64,000 nt of DNA from Octopus sinensis (lineage: Eukaryota), in assembly GCF_006345805.1 (NCBI RefSeq), contig NW_021834418.1, positions 1-64,000 of the forward strand, read 5' to 3'. Both the position numbers and the translations under genes were made by a program. The notes below the pieces were generated by a model. That model ran no database searches. It was not told the DNA's origin and saw only the letters and a program-made list of their open reading frames with translations. Below, in pieces: positions 63,027-64,000 of the stretch (the first letter of the stretch is position 1; every line of letters starts with the position of its first letter).

Positions 63027-63353
63027 TCACATCCAAGTTCAACTACAAAACAAACATCCGTTCTTAAGGGAGACAAATACACATTCTGATATTCTGAGAT
63101 TAATCTCTGAATTCGTTGACATCAACGTCAACAACAGGCTCAATAGACAAATGACTAATTTTCTTCGTTTAAATTTATTCTTTGCGAATCATTTACTTCT
63201 TTCATTCTGATTCTCATTCATTCACTCATTCTTTTTCTCTTAAATTCTAAATTTCTTTCCTCTCTCTCAATTTCTTCCAAACCAACAACATCCTTTGTAT
63301 AGGATTCAAGAATTCTTTCTTTTAAACTAAATTGTTTCATTTTAATTTCACAG

Positions 63354-63428
63354 AACCCGGTCTCGGATCATTGTATACCCGGTGGGGCAGAAATACTTGT
63401 CCTCCTTATTCAAACCTTGTCTATGACG
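63354..63428 (+). CDS. Copy D exon 3 (75 nt, intact)
   Basis: cag|KPGLGSLYTRWGRNTCPPYSNLVYD-G|gttagt; defines the in-frame length. Confidence 0.8.
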
Positions 63429-64000
63429 GTTAGTATACTCTGTATTTCTATCCTCTCTTTCTCACACGCACACGCACGCACACTCAAGCAAATCATGTGA
63501 TATATCACGTTTGAAACGACACCTATAGACCCTATAGAGACTGCACAATACTGCTTACTCCTTTGTAGGTATTTGGTCAAATCAGAATTTTAAATGTTGT
63601 CTAATATGGACCAGGTGAAAAGGATGTTGTCTAACCTCAGAATATAGATATCTCTACGTTTAATTATAGATAGGGACTAGACTGGAATCCAGTTAGCGAT
63701 CAAGGACTCCTGGCTGACTTGTATGGAGTGTAGATATCAAATACCGAGGCTGCTAACTGGTGATCAAGTGTACTGGATACGGATGGTGGTATTGTACGTG
63801 AGTGACCAGAGCTGAAAGTTGCCACTTGTCTATCATTAACTAGAGTGTCTATTGATTGTAGTTATAGACTAAATTGAACAAGGTCTAATTAGAATTGATG
63901 AATGAATGTATATGGTTAATGAAATGAACGCAGAATGTACAATGTGGACTGGACAGACCACACACTATAACTAATGGACAAAGCTAACTTAGGGTCGTAT

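Larger units (their letters stand above)
53590..63428 (+). other. Gene copy D (exon 4 expected beyond the window)
   Basis: Exons 53590-53732, 59542-59593 and 63354-63428. Confidence 0.75.

Overview
AT-rich, microsatellite-dense eukaryotic DNA; the SINE families and repeat style suggest an octopod cephalopod (inference). The backbone is a head-to-tail array of four + strand copies (A-D, ATGs at 765, 27323, 41915, 53590) of a 4-exon gene. It encodes an apparent type II membrane protein (short tail, one hydrophobic helix, short stalk) ending in a spongin short-chain-collagen / collagen-IV-NC1-like domain, with no Gly-X-Y helix. The copies are mosaics of each other and differ sharply in a few exon-4 loops. 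Copy A is a fusion of two paralogs with two exon-2 copies. Most copies have scattered 1-nt deletions that may be assembly errors. Intron 1 of copy A holds about 13 kb of retroelements: a Penelope-like foldback (two 1340-bp inverted arms), a Neptune-like Penelope element, head-to-tail Hero-like (RLE) pieces and a full-length Tx1/L1-like LINE with a 5-bp TSD. Several Penelope termini carry minimal type-I hammerhead ribozyme folds. The most unusual signal is five ~20-nt-periodic hairpins with an invariant GGAAAGAC core and different, self-complementary stems, just upstream of the Hero-like ORF. All calls come from reading the sequence and recognising motifs; no search or folding program was run.
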